Part shown: positions 40,691 to 50,700 of the stretch, piece after piece | Layout of the letters: each line of letters starts with the position of its first letter | How positions within the stretch are numbered: the first letter of the stretch is position 1 | Assembly: GCA_963758525.1 (NCBI GenBank) | Contig: CAVWVQ010000001.1 | Coordinates: forward strand, 192,001 to 256,000 | Direction: 5' to 3' | Length of the DNA stretch: 64,000 nt | From: an uncultured Phycisphaerales bacterium | Lineage (GTDB): Bacteria; Planctomycetota; Phycisphaerae; Tepidisphaerales; Tepidisphaeraceae | The notes under the pieces: model-generated | What the model saw: only the letters and a program-made list of their open reading frames with translations | What the model was told of the DNA's origin: nothing | The model's database searches: none | Translations under genes and position numbers: made by a program

Positions 40691-40861
40691 ACGCACCACC
40701 TTCCCGGAGGGTCACACCACTCCACAAACAACACCAGCGGAAACACCCACAACCGATGCCACCGTGACACGCCCGGCCGAAACTCCAACCGCCACGCGAC
40801 GCCACACGCTCGACAAAAGCGCCCCATCACGCACCACCTTTCTCTATTACTTGCCGACACC

Positions 40862-41038
40862 TCATCCTGCGTACTCCTCATGCTCCCGGATCAAACGACG
40901 GGCAGACTCCTCGATCACTTCCCGCACCGAAGCGCCCCCGCCCAACTCGCGTCGCACGTCACCGACCATCCGCGCCCACGCCTCGACCAGCAAAGTAAAG
41001 ATCTCTCCCACCTCGCACACACACTTGTCACCTGCCAT
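40862..41038 (-). CDS. 58-aa phage hypothetical protein
   Basis: Own translation MAGDKCVCEVGEIF...HEEYAG with an aagga RBS after rep. Confidence 0.4.
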   Translation of the reverse strand: MAGDKCVCEVGEIFTLLVEAWARMVGDVRRELGGGASVREVIEESARRLIREHEEYAG

Positions 41039-41052
41039 AGCGCACGTCCTTT

Positions 41053-42080
41053 CTAAATCGGCAGCCGATCGCAGTGACGCACAGGAGCCGGAGCCGGCTC
41101 ATCTGGCAGAAGCTTGCGATCGCCGTCACTCATCCTCGAATGCCCCCTTGCAAGCAGATTCTGGAGAAACATTTCCGCCCAGGCGTCACCCTGTTCTCTC
41201 TTATGCCACTCATGAACCATCGCCAGACGCCGACTTACTGTTCTCTCCAACCATCGCTGCATCGCCTCAAGCTCCTCCACCTCCTTCGGGTAGACCTTCA
41301 CCGCCGCCACGCCGAAGCCACCCCCGGATCGTCTCCCAAAACGGAGCCCGCCGGCGGCGCTCGACATGCAACGCGCGATCCTGATAGAAGTCGATCGACC
41401 CAGCCACCAACTCCCCAATCCGCCGAACCAACTCAGCGCCGGTGTACACGCCAAGCAGCTTGTCCCACACCGCGTCGGCATGAGCCTTAAAAAACCGTGC
41501 CTCATACCTCACCGCGTTAATCTCGCCATCCGATTCCGCCGCCTTGTCATACACGCACACCACCCGCCCGCCTTCACGCTCACCGAAATAAATCGTGTTC
41601 CCCTGCCGCCCCCCCTTGCCATCCCCCTCCTGGTGATGGCGGTGGCGACCCGGCCCAAACAATCGCGGCTCTGCATACCGCTCCCACAAGTCCGCCACCT
41701 CAATCACGCGCTCGAAGTCATCGAACGCACAATCCACCCGCGTCGCCTTGACCCCATGCACCCCACGCAGCCGCAACAGAAACCCCGCCATCGTCTCCGC
41801 GTCCAGCTGCGCAAGCCTGGCCGGTCACGTTCAGACAGACATCCGGCCTCGAGAACTCATCAGGGCCGCCATCCTCACACGGCGAGAAATTCAGCGTCAC
41901 ACCCGCCGTAAAGGCGTAGTGGCACCGATACCCCCGCACAACGCCGAACCGTTCCTCATGCGGCCACCCGAACACCTCTTCCACGATGTGCAGCAACGCC
42001 CCAATCTCCGTTGCCGGCGTCACAAACGTCAGCCAATCCAAACGAAGGACAGAACGACGTACACCACTTGGCGCATCCAT
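41053..42080 (-). CDS. Rolling-circle replication initiator, Rep_trans family (two frameshifts)
   Basis: RLDWLTFV, TRVDCAFDD, GNTIYFG, VYDKAAE, RYEARF spread over three frames. Confidence 0.85.
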
Positions 42081-42102
42081 GCTTACTCCGACTTGTCAAT
42101 CT

Positions 42103-42128
42103 GGACCCCCTGTTAGAGGGTGGGGTCC
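42103..42128 (-). other. Candidate double-strand origin (nick-site hairpin)
   Basis: GGACCCC-accctCTAACAG-GGGGTCC just upstream of rep; resembles Rep_trans/MOBT nick sites. Confidence 0.55.
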
Positions 42129-42329
42129 CCACAGACCACCACCCGCCCCGCCCCACAACGACAACGCCTACTCTCACAACAGCGCCCGCCGTCGACATCC
42201 ACCGCCAACCGAATGCGTCCACCGAAGACGATCACGACGACCCCGCCGCCCGGCAACGTCACCAACTCGCGAACGCACTCGAACCGAGAGACATCAAACC
42301 ACGCCTCAGAGTTTTCATTTTCCCGCCCG

Positions 42330-42700
42330 CTCGAGCCGGCCCGAGCTCCGCCAGCCGGTCCCCGCCTTTGCTCAGAAACGCATTTACACGACGTGCGCAT
42401 ATGTCCACCTCGTAAAGTGTCAGATCTGATTCAATCGCAGAGCAGGGGGCGGCCCCCCTGCAACCCCCGGAAGGCGGCTCCGCCTGAAGGAAGCCGGCAA
42501 CAGCACCGGCCACGCCGGCAGCAAGCCCACCACTCCCGCAACAGTGCTGCCGTCATGTCCGGTGCAGATGCCGGCAGAAAGTGAGCGCTGCGCACAAGGA
42601 CGCTGCGCGGCCAATCTTTTTCCACCGCTCGCTGGGACGGAAGCGAGCGGCGGAAAAAAAATGTGCGGGGGGATGTTCCTGCCCGCACTCTCACGATGCC
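42330..42700. other. Hairpin-rich intergenic region (candidate single-strand origin/packaging signal)
   Basis: Several stems (cagggggcggcccccctg; ttttttccaccgctcgct...agcgagcggcggaaaaaa) between pIV and rep. Confidence 0.45.
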
Positions 42701-42744
42701 GCCGCGCTTCGCTTACCACCCGGCCCGGCCGGAAAGGATCCACC

Positions 42745-43155
42745 ATGGCACGCCCCACCGAACTGATCGAGATAGACGGAGAAATCGAACACTTACGCCG
42801 ACGCATCAACGATCTCACGCAATCACTCGCCGTCACAGACGCAACGGCGGACCTCGCGCGAAAGGAACTCGCACGGCTCAACGCGTACATCGGCGGAGTG
42901 CACGGCGAACACGGCCGCGGTATCGGAGCGTTACAGCAGACTTGCGCGGACCTCATCAAGAGCCTCGACGCGGTCGCAACCGAAACACAAAAGCGGCTCG
43001 ACGAGATCCGCGCCAACCTCGACGAGCTCGACGACATCGTAGAGAGCCACCTCAAGGTCACGCAGAGACTCGACGCCCGCCAAAACCAAGCACACGACTG
43101 GCTAACAGCGTTAGAAGCTCGCATAGCGCAACTCGAGGCAGACGACAACCCCTGA
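42745..43155 (+). CDS. Coiled-coil phage protein on the opposite strand
   Basis: aagga RBS plus ATG; heptad pattern. Confidence 0.6.
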   Translation: MARPTELIEIDGEIEHLRRRINDLTQSLAVTDATADLARKELARLNAYIGGVHGEHGRGIGALQQTCADLIKSLDAVATETQKRLDEIRANLDELDDIVESHLKVTQRLDARQNQAHDWLTALEARIAQLEADDNP

Positions 43156-43196
43156 TGGATCAACACGCCGGCGGCGCACCCGCGCCGCCGGCACAG

Positions 43197-43433
43197 TCAC
43201 ACGTCCCCCGCCGCCGAGTCACAGCCTGGCGAGTCACACATCCCCACCACCGGCGACGGCCCACCCCCGTCCCGCACCGCACGCCACACCCGCTGCGCAT
43301 CCGCCCCGTGCGCGAACTCCACGCGCCCGCCCACGAAGGAAATCACCAAGCGGTCCGAACCCTCCCACCGCACCGACGCCACGTAGCGCAGCACAATCAC
43401 CGTACGACCCAAGACCAACCGTTCGTCCGTCAC
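43197..43433 (-). CDS. 78-aa phage hypothetical protein
   Basis: GTG start overlapping the secretin stop codon. Confidence 0.45.
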   Translation of the reverse strand: MTDERLVLGRTVIVLRYVASVRWEGSDRLVISFVGGRVEFAHGADAQRVWRAVRDGGGPSPVVGMCDSPGCDSAAGDV

Positions 43434-44902
43434 CGTCCACCTGCCTTTGCTACCGCTATCGCCGCCTCTGCCGCCGACAACCGATCCTGATCGGCCCGGT
43501 ACACGGCTTCCCACTCACGGCGAATCGCCAACACGTCACGCCCGACCTCCTCGACCGATCTATCCACCGGAGCCGGCCCCCGCCCAGGCACGTCTACCGG
43601 CCCCACCGGCTTGAGCGGCACGTCCGGCGACCCGCTCGGCCTAGGGGCCTCGCTCCCGCCGTCCGTCCGCTCCACCGGCCCGCCTGTACCCCGGCCCACG
43701 CGCGTCACGCTGGCCCACAGCTGGACGACCCGGCCGGAGCTCTCCGCGTCCGCCAACGATTGCAGCCCCAGCGTATGACTCAGCGTCCACGTGCGGCGCT
43801 CCACCTCGCCCACCAGCGCCGTCCCACCAACGTCGATCGGGGCCGAGGCGGCGAACTGGAAACCGGTCGTCGTCGGAACCCCCTGATCAGACAGCGCCAG
43901 CAACGACGTGCTGGAATAATCCACCGTCAACGCAGCACGATCCGTCCCGGCCGGACGAACAGTCAACGTCACGTCGAGGCCCACCCGATAAGGAACCAAC
44001 GTGCTTTGCGTTTGCGTCCCCTGATCATTCGTCGCCGACTGCGGCAACAGGTACGTCGTCCCATCCGACAACTTCCCCGGCACGCCGCCCGCCAGCACCA
44101 TCAGCGGCGACACCAGCGCCCGCACGTGATTGTTCTCATGGCTCGCCACAATCATGGCCTGCAACATCGCGCTTGCCACCGTCGTGACTCCACCGGTCGC
44201 GACATGGCCCAACACGCCCTGGAGCGTCACAGTCGCCGAACCGTCCCACCCCACCTTTTGCAGAAACTCGCGCGACACGTCGAACGCGTAGACGTGAATC
44301 AGCCACGCATCCGCCGGCGCCGCATCAAGCTGCGCCAACACATCGCCTATCTTCTGGTCGATTTCCACGCTGTCACCCACGACTACGATTCCGTCCTCGG
44401 TCACCGAAAGCCGCCCGGCGTCCGACAGATAGACCCGCAACAGCGCATCCAACTTATCCGGCGCGACCCGAGCACACCGACCAACGAGAACCGCGCGATC
44501 CTGCGGCCGCAATGAGCCGATAAACCACAACGACCCCAGGCGAGTCACATCCGCCCCAACGCGCCTCGCGACCGCCGCCAGCACGTCGCCCACCGGCACG
44601 CCCTGCACCCGAATATTCACTGTTGACTTATCCAACTTGGCCTCACAGATCGCCGACACGCCATCATCCACCGCCAGCCGCCCGAGGAACTGCTCGAGCG
44701 TTATGCCCTCCGCTGACAACGAAACGCGCGCCCCCGTGTCCCGTGTCTGCAGCGCCGACGCCACCGGCAGCGCTGCCGAGTACGCCGCCCGGAACTCCCG
44801 CTCCGCCCGCAACTCCGGCGCTTCTTGGCACCCAATCGCGACCGAGAGCCACATGCCGCACCACCCCGCGCCGATCGAACGTAGCAACGCCTTCAACATC
44901 AT
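43430..44902 (-). CDS. pIV/GspD-like secretin
   Basis: Lipoprotein-like signal, N0/N3-like region, secretin-like C domain (GKLSDG...VGLDVTLTVRP...GGTALVG); follows zot. Confidence 0.75.
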   Translation of the reverse strand: MMLKALLRSIGAGWCGMWLSVAIGCQEAPELRAEREFRAAYSAALPVASALQTRDTGARVSLSAEGITLEQFLGRLAVDDGVSAICEAKLDKSTVNIRVQGVPVGDVLAAVARRVGADVTRLGSLWFIGSLRPQDRAVLVGRCARVAPDKLDALLRVYLSDAGRLSVTEDGIVVVGDSVEIDQKIGDVLAQLDAAPADAWLIHVYAFDVSREFLQKVGWDGSATVTLQGVLGHVATGGVTTVASAMLQAMIVASHENNHVRALVSPLMVLAGGVPGKLSDGTTYLLPQSATNDQGTQTQSTLVPYRVGLDVTLTVRPAGTDRAALTVDYSSTSLLALSDQGVPTTTGFQFAASAPIDVGGTALVGEVERRTWTLSHTLGLQSLADAESSGRVVQLWASVTRVGRGTGGPVERTDGGSEAPRPSGSPDVPLKPVGPVDVPGRGPAPVDRSVEEVGRDVLAIRREWEAVYRADQDRLSAAEAAIAVAKAGGR

Positions 44903-46100
44903 TCACCACCTCAAGCCGCCAACCCAACGCGGCACCACTCTCCACAGTTTCGCCCACACGCAACACGGCCCCATCCTCAAACACGACCTCTTCCCGACGC
45001 ACGAGCACCAGGCGAACAACCCCCACGCGATCGTCGACCAACGCCGGCCGACCAGCCGCTGCCCCCCCCCCCACACCACCTCCACCCCGATATCGCCCCC
45101 CGCCGAGCTCAGTCACACGATGCCCACCCACGCCCTGGTCGGTCACCCCCGCAGGCCCAGCGCCTTGTGACGCCGGCAACGCGGCCCGCATATTCTTCGC
45201 AGCAAACCCCCCGACCCCCGACACGATGCCGTGCACGAGGCACCCGCCGCCGCCACAGACGAAAAACAACGGCAACCACAAAAGCCAAGACCGCATCAAC
45301 AACGCATAAAAGTGCTTCGACACGAACCAATTGATCAGGCCCGGCCAAGACCGCCGCTCATACTCCCTCTTGCGCGGCCCGCCCGCCTGCCCGCCCCCCG
45401 ACTCCGGCTTGGAGTAGCTGTCGTAGAGCTCAAAGTACCGAGGCAGAAGGTAGTGAAACTTTTCGCGCTCGCGGATGAAGCGCGCATTAACTTCGCGCCC
45501 CAGTGTCTCCCAAACCGCCGCAAGATATGTCCCGGTAAGTTTTGCGCGTAATTCATACCAATCTCCGAGCTCGATGTGAAAAAACGGGTCGGGGCGCTCA
45601 TCACTATGAACGAGCTCACGACGGAGCCCGCTCTCATTCTTGATAACGCGCGCCACCTTCATCTCGTTCTGACTTAGAAATTCTATAGTCGCCCCCTGAT
45701 GCCGAATCGTCCCCAACCATTTCTGCCACTGCGCCAGATATGACATCTTCGCCCCGACCCCCGCATACTCATGGATTTCGTCAATGGCGATATGGGTATC
45801 GGCCAACGATTGCCCCTTGAAGAAATCCCACGGGCCGCGCTGCCCCAGCCGCCACGCCGCCAACTCCTCCTCCGGGAAACGATGCAGCCGCGCCTCATAC
45901 TCATCAGCATCGCCATTCTTATTCTTCGACCACTGCGCCGCCAAGACCGCCAACGTGCGCGGCTCATACGGAAAGTTGCTCCAATGATGCAAGTTCGTTT
46001 CCGGCAGCAACTCCTCCGAGAGGAATTTCGCACACCGCAGCAAACTCTTGCCGCTGCCGGCCCGCCCCACTGTGAATTGAACCGACGTCCTGACGGCCAT
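44664..46100 (-). CDS. Zot/pI morphogenesis ATPase (3' end probably frameshifted at the G-run near 45065; real stop near 44903)
   Basis: Walker A GRAGSGKS, Walker B IAIDEIH, RHQG...SQ, LYDSY, then a TM segment. Confidence 0.88.
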   Translation of the reverse strand: MAVRTSVQFTVGRAGSGKSLLRCAKFLSEELLPETNLHHWSNFPYEPRTLAVLAAQWSKNKNGDADEYEARLHRFPEEELAAWRLGQRGPWDFFKGQSLADTHIAIDEIHEYAGVGAKMSYLAQWQKWLGTIRHQGATIEFLSQNEMKVARVIKNESGLRRELVHSDERPDPFFHIELGDWYELRAKLTGTYLAAVWETLGREVNARFIREREKFHYLLPRYFELYDSYSKPESGGGQAGGPRKREYERRSWPGLINWFVSKHFYALLMRSWLLWLPLFFVCGGGGCLVHGIVSGVGGFAAKNMRAALPASQGAGPAGVTDQGVGGHRVTELGGGRYRGGGGVGGGAAAGRPALVDDRVGVVRLVLVRREEVVFEDGAVLRVGETVESGAALGWRLEVVNDVEGVATFDRRGVVRHVALGRDWVPRSAGVAGGAGVPGGVLGSAAGGVGAADTGHGGARFVVSGGHNARAVPRAAGGG

Positions 46101-46226
46101 ACTACTCCCAATCCTGCAACGCAACCCACAACAGCGCGGCCATCCCCCACCCGCAAAGCGCCAGCTTCACCAACAAGTCGACCACCACATCGGACCGCAT
46201 CGCGACTCCCTGGACAGTCACGCCCC

Positions 46227-46490
46227 TCAGAACAGCCGCACGACCAGCTTGACGCAAAAGTACACAATGAACGACACCAGAAACCCCGCGAGGAGCTCAC
46301 AAAGCGTATCCAGTGGAAACCACAGATTGAGCAGCGAGCAGTACGTCGCAAGCGTCGCCAGCGTTGCGTTAGTCGGGATCGTCGGCAGCGGCGCGACCGC
46401 CAGTTGCAGCAACGTGTACCCGAGCTCGCACGCCCAATTCTCGAGGTACCCCAAGAAGTTCAGCAGCGCCTGCAACACGTAATAAATCAT
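46227..46490 (-). CDS. pVI-like minor coat protein
   Basis: 87 aa, hydrophobic, located between pIII and pI. Confidence 0.7.
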   Translation of the reverse strand: MIYYVLQALLNFLGYLENWACELGYTLLQLAVAPLPTIPTNATLATLATYCSLLNLWFPLDTLCELLAGFLVSFIVYFCVKLVVRLF

Positions 46491-46493
46491 GGG

Positions 46494-47521
46494 TCACCAG
46501 TCCTTCAACGTCTTCCACAACAGCCAACAAAACGACATGACCAAAAAGAATGTCGCCACCCCACGAACCGTGCCCTGCGCCCCCGACACAGCCGAACCAT
46601 AAGGCGTACCGTTCAGCGTGAACGACCCCGACTGCGGGTTAACGTCGATGCGGATTTCCGACCCGCCAAGCACACTCGGCAGATGCCAATCGACCGGCTC
46701 CAACGTCATCTGTTCAGAGAGATTCGCCGAACTGAACTGCGCGGCGAATGGAAACTTCGTGGTCAGCAACGTCTCAATCTCCCCCATGCAACTGGGCGCC
46801 GTCGTCGCGGGTTGCGTTGTCGGAGAAGGGCTGGTCGTCGTCGACGTGTCAGACGCCCCGGTAGTCGGGGCCAGCCCCGTAATCGTGATCTGCGCGTACC
46901 CCGGCGGCACCGAGTGCGACGCCCACGCATTTTGCCCTCCATTCAACGCGGTGAACAACGGCGAGAATGCCATCGTCACGTAGTAATTCGTCGCCCCGCC
47001 ACCCGACGGATACGACACGGGATCTTCCCCAAAATCCCCATTCAGCTTCGTGGCCGACGAATACGGCTCGCGCCAGTAGAACGTGTTGACATCGGTCCCC
47101 TGATCCCCAGCGTACACCTGGACCCCACCAATCCAGACCTGATACCCCGTCGCGTCGAGCTCGATCTTAAAATCCACCTCGAGCCGATCCCCGTTCGGAA
47201 CGTACGCCGACCCGCTCCAGCGCCACAAATCCAAAGCAAACGTCCCCTCATAGACGCCATTACTCCCGCTAGACCCCAACCCGCACTGGACCGTCAGCAA
47301 GTTTTGAAATGAAGGGAACCCCGAATTAACTTGGCCCGGCGGCAAGAACACGTCCGGGAACCCCGCCCGTGGGTATTGCGTCAGCGCCCCGACAGGTCCC
47401 CGTAAAAGAGGCTGCTCCCGTATTGGTACGCTACCGTCGCTTCCGCCTGAAAATCCACCGGATTGCCAGCCGCCCCACCCGCCACGACCGACAAGGCCAG
47501 CGCCACGAAGGCAACCCGCAT
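46494..47521 (-). CDS. pIII-like attachment protein (frameshift near 47385)
   Basis: Signal peptide MRVAFVALALSVVAGGAAG, Thr/Pro linker, KFPF motif, C-terminal TM anchor. Confidence 0.7.
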
Positions 47522-47559
47522 CGCACCCAGCTCAGTCACACCACCGCCCATCGCACGCC

Positions 47560-47697
47560 TCAAAAGAATTTGGACATCTTGGAGAGCATCACCAAGCGCC
47601 ACAGCTGCAACCCGACGAGGAAACCGACGCCGAGCGCTATCGCCTCACCATATAGATTGATGGCACCCATCAACTGGCTGAACTGGTCATCCGTCAT
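47560..47697 (-). CDS. 45-aa pVII/pIX-like minor coat protein
   Basis: MTDDQFSQLMGAINLYGEAIALGVGFLVGLQLWRLVMLSKMSKFF: acidic N-terminus, TM, basic C-terminus, within the structural cluster. Confidence 0.6.
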   Translation of the reverse strand: MTDDQFSQLMGAINLYGEAIALGVGFLVGLQLWRLVMLSKMSKFF

Positions 47698-47831
47698 ACG
47701 CTTCCGACCCCGAGCACTCATGCTCAACCTTGCAATGCCAGTACGCGGCCGACATGGACTTGACAATGTCACCACACATCGGACACCGCAACGTCACACC
47801 AGTACCGTAAGACACGGCGACCTCCAATCAC

Positions 47832-47872
47832 AAAAGGGGAGCGGAGCGCCCGCAACGCAGGCGCCCCGCTCA
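47832..47872 (-). terminator. Rho-independent terminator after the major coat gene
   Basis: gagcggggcgcctgcgttgcgggcgctccgctc followed by cccTTTT. Confidence 0.55.
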
Positions 47873-47887
47873 GGCGGAAAACCGGGA

Positions 47888-48130
47888 TCAGCCACCCTTG
47901 ACGCCGCGACGCGCCCACTTCCAGAACGCGGCGAAGATCACCAGCGCGATGAACACGCCGAACAAGACACCGAGAATGGTGCCCATGTTCGCCGCAGCCG
48001 CGGTGGTCAAGGAGCCAGCGTCAACGCCGAGATCAAACGGCGTGGAATCCGCGCGGGCCGTGGCCGACAGACCCACAAGAGCAGTGCACATCAACAGTGC
48101 ACCGACGATACGAGAACGGAACCGAGACAT
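47888..48130 (-). CDS. pVIII-like major coat protein
   Basis: gaggag RBS, signal peptide ending ARA, 53-aa mature protein with acidic N-terminus, TM and basic tail WKWARRGVKGG. Confidence 0.8.
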   Translation of the reverse strand: MSRFRSRIVGALLMCTALVGLSATARADSTPFDLGVDAGSLTTAAAANMGTILGVLFGVFIALVIFAAFWKWARRGVKGG

Positions 48131-48201
48131 AGAAACTCCTCATACATGACGACCACACCGGCCGTCCCTCTTACCGAGGCTTGACCCGCCAAACACCCTG
48201 G

Positions 48202-49319
48202 TCAGTCACCACCCACCATCCGACCTATCAACGCTTCCGCTTTTCCACGACACTCCACGCAGCGCGAGTTCCCCGCAATCACAGGAGCCCCACATTCCCA
48301 ACACGTAGGCGACTCCACCTCCTCCGCCTCACTCACAGCCCCCCCCGGCGAATTGTCCCCCAACTCGGAGCCCATCGACTCCAACGACTCTCCACCCGAC
48401 ACCTCCCCATACACATGATGCTCGACCGCCCCCACCACCGCGCCTTCGTTCGAGTCAATCACCATCCCCCCATCTTCGCCCGCCATCTGCCGCACGCACC
48501 GCCGACAAAAACCGCCGCCGTCACCATCGCGCTCAGCACGACTCAACCGAACCCCGCACCCGTCACACCGCCACGCATCAACCCCCGGCCCCTCCTCCAC
48601 CGCAGGCTCCGTCCCGCCTCCCACCGACCGCTTAGACCAAATCCAAAACGCGCCGAGGACCAAGAGCACAAGAACACACCGAAGATCAAACCCAGGTGAC
48701 CCCCCATCGCCGACGCCACGCTCGCCACCTTAGCCCCCACCGAACCCGAACCCGCCTTCCCCAAACCCGCCGAATCAAAGGTATAAGTGCCCGCCCCATC
48801 CCCCCCCCCACCGCCACCAGCCCCGCCACCCGAACCGCCACCACCCGAGCCACCACCGCCCGATCCGCCACCTGAACCACCGCCAGCACCGAAACCACTC
48901 CCAGGCGACGACCACAGGACCCCCGAGCCCGAAACCGTCCCATCCGTCCCCAGCGAAACGACATCGTCCACACCCGACGTCAGCACATCCGCCCCACTCA
49001 CCGCGTCCGCTTCTGCCGCAGCTAACGCCGACGAGTCACCCGCGAACCCACCGTCAAACACCACCCCACTCTCTGAATCGAAGCCCACACTCTCACGGGT
49101 CTCACCGGCGGAAACCGTATCGTAATAAAACGGCGAACCATCCACACTCACCAACTCAGTCACCCAAAACCCCTCATCATTAACGCCACCAACCAGGTTC
49201 GGAACCGAATCATCAGAAAAACTAATCGTCCGAGACTGCGCCCGACACACCCCCGGCAACACTAGAAATGCCAGCAGCCAAACCACAAGCACGGGTAGCG
49301 CACGACCAGTTGACCGCAC
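48202..49319 (-). CDS. Signal peptide + acidic domain + Gly/Ser linker + major-coat-like module + two Zn ribbons (one frameshift near 48670)
   Basis: Joining ORFs 48543-49565 and 48202-48669 restores MGGHLGLIFGVF-x-VLLVLGAFWIWSKRSVGG; four CxxC motifs follow. Confidence 0.55.
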
Positions 49320-49561
49320 CACACCACCCGCACCACCCACAGAACCAAGGTTACCGCAACAATCACGATCCGAGCACATACACACCACCTTTCGACCGCG
49401 CACACTGACGACACGACCAAGCCTCGCATCGCGCCACCCCACACACACACGCGACCCACGACACGAGGCACCATGCGACTCCACCAAAACCAGACCACCA
49501 CGACTCACAGTCGCCCCAACCCAACAACCGCAGCTATCGCACAACGCCACCAACGAACACA

Positions 49562-49720
49562 TCACCCACCCCCCACAGCCCGAGCCGCATGCCTGGCCAG
49601 CGCCCCAAACACATTCAGCGCCACCTGAATCGACACCATCAAACCCACCACAAGCGCCAGCGTCGCCACGAGCTCACCCAACACTTCCAACGGCACAAAA
49701 CCCGGATCAGGAATAGTCAT
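49562..49720 (-). CDS. 52-aa single-TM protein (minor-coat-like)
   Basis: Own translation MTIPDPGFVPLEVLGELVATLALVVGLMVSIQVALNVFGALARHAARAVGGG. Confidence 0.55.
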   Translation of the reverse strand: MTIPDPGFVPLEVLGELVATLALVVGLMVSIQVALNVFGALARHAARAVGGG

Positions 49721-49741
49721 CACTTGCCCTTAGAAAACGCC

Positions 49742-50050
49742 TTATCCACCCAACCCCAACCCCGCGCCGCCTGAATCAGCAGGTGGATCGTCAGGCCGCA
49801 CCCGAATCCCACCCCCACCCCGATCCGCAGGAGCTCCCACGCCGTCGCGACCTCGATCGTTGGCATTGTCGTAGGCATCGCGCCGAACCTTTCTCACCCC
49901 CAACAACAACCCCAAAACCGACGCGAGCATCATCGCCAACACGAACCGCCCGAACGCACAGGACGCACACGCCAGCACCATGACAACTCCCAAAACACCC
50001 AGCGGGGTCGCTAGACCCCGCCGAGCGGACAGAAACACACCGACCAGCAA
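49742..50050 (-). CDS. Small hydrophobic phage protein (boundaries uncertain)
   Basis: Two TM-like segments, position after pV. Confidence 0.4.
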   Translation of the reverse strand: MLVGVFLSARRGLATPLGVLGVVMVLACASCAFGRFVLAMMLASVLGLLLGVRKVRRDAYDNANDRGRDGVGAPADRGGGGIRVRPDDPPADSGGAGLGLGG

Positions 50051-50431
50051 CTACCTCGCAGCCTGGGCAGTCACAGGCCCAGCACCATTTCCGGGAGCCT
50101 TCACCGCCGCAGGCATGCCGCGCTTGCGGATGCCCATCGCCGTCAGGTCACATTCCGCCAACAGCGCTTCCGGCTCAAAAGACACCACACGCAAAACCGT
50201 CGTGCGGCCGTACGTCTCCTCCTCCACGTCCACGTTGACCACGATCGGACCACCGGCAGCGATCGTCCCCGCAAAATCGGTCGCGATCGCCTTCGTCGTC
50301 CGATACGTCTTGGCCTCATAGCCAAAGGCGCCCGTCTTCTTGGTCACACTGCCCATGAGCGCCCACAACTCGCTGTAGTCACGCCCGTCATCTGCCACAC
50401 GCGGGTTCGCACCCGTAACAATCAGACGCAT
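50051..50431 (-). CDS. pV-like ssDNA-binding protein
   Basis: 126 aa, beta-rich OB-like pattern (GRDYSEL...GAFGYEAKTY...VVNVDVE), first gene of the structural operon. Confidence 0.6.
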   Translation of the reverse strand: MRLIVTGANPRVADDGRDYSELWALMGSVTKKTGAFGYEAKTYRTTKAIATDFAGTIAAGGPIVVNVDVEEETYGRTTVLRVVSFEPEALLAECDLTAMGIRKRGMPAAVKAPGNGAGPVTAQAAR

Positions 50432-50583
50432 ACCGGCCTCTCTTTCTATTGCGAGCCTATCACTCGCCACCACACTCCAGACCGACAGCGCACGAGAACG
50501 CCCCGCCCGCTGGTCAGAGTTAAAAAGCGCAAAAATTGAAATAAACGTTAATGCCGCAAGAATCGGCAAAAACCCCTCTTTTT

Positions 50584-50611
50584 CAATTGCATAACATGGA
50601 TTATCGGACGT
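50584..50611 (-). other. dif-like site with degenerate XerD arm, right prophage junction
   Basis: ACGTCCGATAA-TCCATG-TTATGCAATTG. Confidence 0.85.
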
Positions 50612-50700
50612 AGGGGGGCTAAGTCCTTATTTTCCGGGGATCTACGATCTGGCGTGATGGTTATTGCTTCAAACGCCGCCTACATGGCCGGCTTTGGGAG

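Larger units (their letters stand above)
38855..50611 (-). mobile_element. Filamentous (inovirus-like) prophage integrated at dif
   Basis: 22-bp direct repeat cataacatggattatcggacgt at 38861 and 50590; Rep_trans, Zot, secretin and coat genes; strong G/T bias on the coding strand; no integrase. Confidence 0.9.

Noticed and set aside
44664..46100. Zot as an enterotoxin or virulence factor
   Set aside because: Only the pI assembly ATPase features are evident, in the standard morphogenesis position.
45771..47312. Long plus-strand ORFs in the prophage and antisense ORFs over housekeeping genes (e.g. 30752-32794, 61347-62795)
   Set aside because: These are shadow frames caused by high GC and strand bias; the opposite strand carries the recognisable proteins.
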